Assembly: GCA_026417655.1 (NCBI GenBank)
Contig: JAOACS010000010.1
Span: forward strand, 45,745 to 69,744
Length of the DNA: 24,000 nt
Source: Syntrophobacterales bacterium
Lineage (GTDB): Bacteria; Desulfobacterota; Syntrophobacteria; Syntrophobacterales; Thermodesulforhabdaceae
Direction: 5' to 3'
The translations under genes were made by a program, and so were the position numbers. Shown piece after piece: positions 23,431-24,000 of the stretch. Each line of letters starts with the position of its first letter. Within the stretch, counting starts at the first letter, position 1. The notes under the pieces were generated by a model, which had not been told where the DNA came from, did no database searches, and was given only the letters and a program-made list of their open reading frames with translations.

Positions 23431-24000
23431 TGGAATTTTTAAAGGTTCTTTCAATTAGTGAGGTCATCAATCTCATAGGGAGTTTTCCCAAACTAGATAT
23501 TGAGGTTGTCCCCATTGAAGAAGCTTTAGGGAGAGTTCTCGCTGAAAATATCTACGCTCCTGAACCTGTTCCCCATTTTCGTAGAGCCACAATGGATGGC
23601 TATGCTGTAAGAGCTAGAGATACCTTTGGAGCAAGTGAATCTATGCCAGCCCTGTTAGAAATTGTGGGATCCGTAGAAATGGGCAAGGCTCCTACCTGCG
23701 TTATAGGACCTAATCAAGCTGCCTCCATTCCAACAGGGGGAGCCGTTCCTGATGGGGCCGATGCCGTGGTAATGGTTGAATATACCACACTTATAGATGA
23801 ATCTACCATAGAGGTCTACAGGCCTGTTGCTCCTGGAGATCATATAATGGCTCCTGGAGAAGACATTTCGGAGGGAAGCCTTTTATTCGAAGCCGGGAGA
23901 ATTCTAAAACCTCAGGACATTGGAACACTTGCTGGTCTTGGGATAACCGAGGTCAGAGTACACCGGAAACCCAGAGTTGGTATAATCTCCACAGGAGATG
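23431..24000 (+). CDS. moeA: Molybdopterin molybdenumtransferase MoeA, N-terminal part (3' end outside the window)
   Basis: The frame is open from ATG 23431 (GGAGG 5 nt upstream) to the window edge, so it is absent from the ORF track. The translation is MEFLKVLSISEVINLI...IEEALGRVLAENIYAPEPVPHFRRATMDGYAVRARDTFGASE..P..L.IVG.V.MG........G.N.AASIPTGGAVPDGADAVVMVEYT. This is the classic MoeA N-terminal region (S.MDGYAv, I.TGa.lP.GADaVv). Confidence 0.9.

Noticed and set aside
1-24000. A search for CRISPR repeats, tRNA/rRNA genes, IS elements or terminal inverted repeats, integrases, toxin-antitoxin pairs and known defence-system genes.
   Set aside because: None were seen. There are no regularly spaced direct repeats, no cloverleaf-like GTTCGAATC-type T-arm sequences, and no transposase, recombinase or nuclease-like ORFs in any frame. 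This was a scan by eye, so short or degenerate elements could have been missed.

Overview
This is a bacterial chromosomal window, moderately AT-rich. A DcrH-like hemerythrin chemoreceptor, standalone SucCD and MoeA hint at an anaerobic lineage, but that is inference only.

Gene content in order:
- The 3' end of a UPF0182-family gene, followed by a DUF1992/DnaJC28-like gene on the minus strand.
- An uncharacterised Rossmann plus Cys-motif protein. It converges on, and overlaps by 14 nt, the last gene of a minus-strand corrinoid-type ABC importer operon (substrate-binding protein, FecCD permease, ATPase). A very clear cobalamin riboswitch with its own intrinsic terminator precedes that operon.
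- An Slp-family lipoprotein.
- An ABC system with no binding protein: a duplicated NitT/TauT-type permease and an ATPase carrying a large C-terminal domain.
- An EmrE-type SMR exporter.
- A galactofuranose-type glycan locus: glf, an internally deleted GT2 remnant, a frameshifted GT4, an intact GT2 and a YkgJ-like Cys-rich protein.
- Acetoacetate-CoA ligase, a minimal HDAC-family deacylase and sucCD.
- rpmB in its Zn-ribbon form.
- A 794-aa chemoreceptor combining a CZB-like zinc motif in its predicted periplasmic region with a C-terminal hemerythrin domain.
- The eroded remnant of a membrane/PAS sensor gene, then the 5' part of moeA.

I found no CRISPR array, tRNA or rRNA, IS or transposase, integrase, toxin-antitoxin pair or recognisable defence gene. 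I do not see a clear-cut novel multi-gene system.

The items most worth a second look are:
- the triple-module chemoreceptor;
- the two uncharacterised add-on domains on the ABC ATPases;
- the Rossmann/Cys protein next to the B12-regulated importer;
- the AACS-HDAC-SucCD neighbourhood;
- three independent gene-inactivation events within 24 kb.

All family assignments come from reading the translated ORFs by eye. No searches were run.
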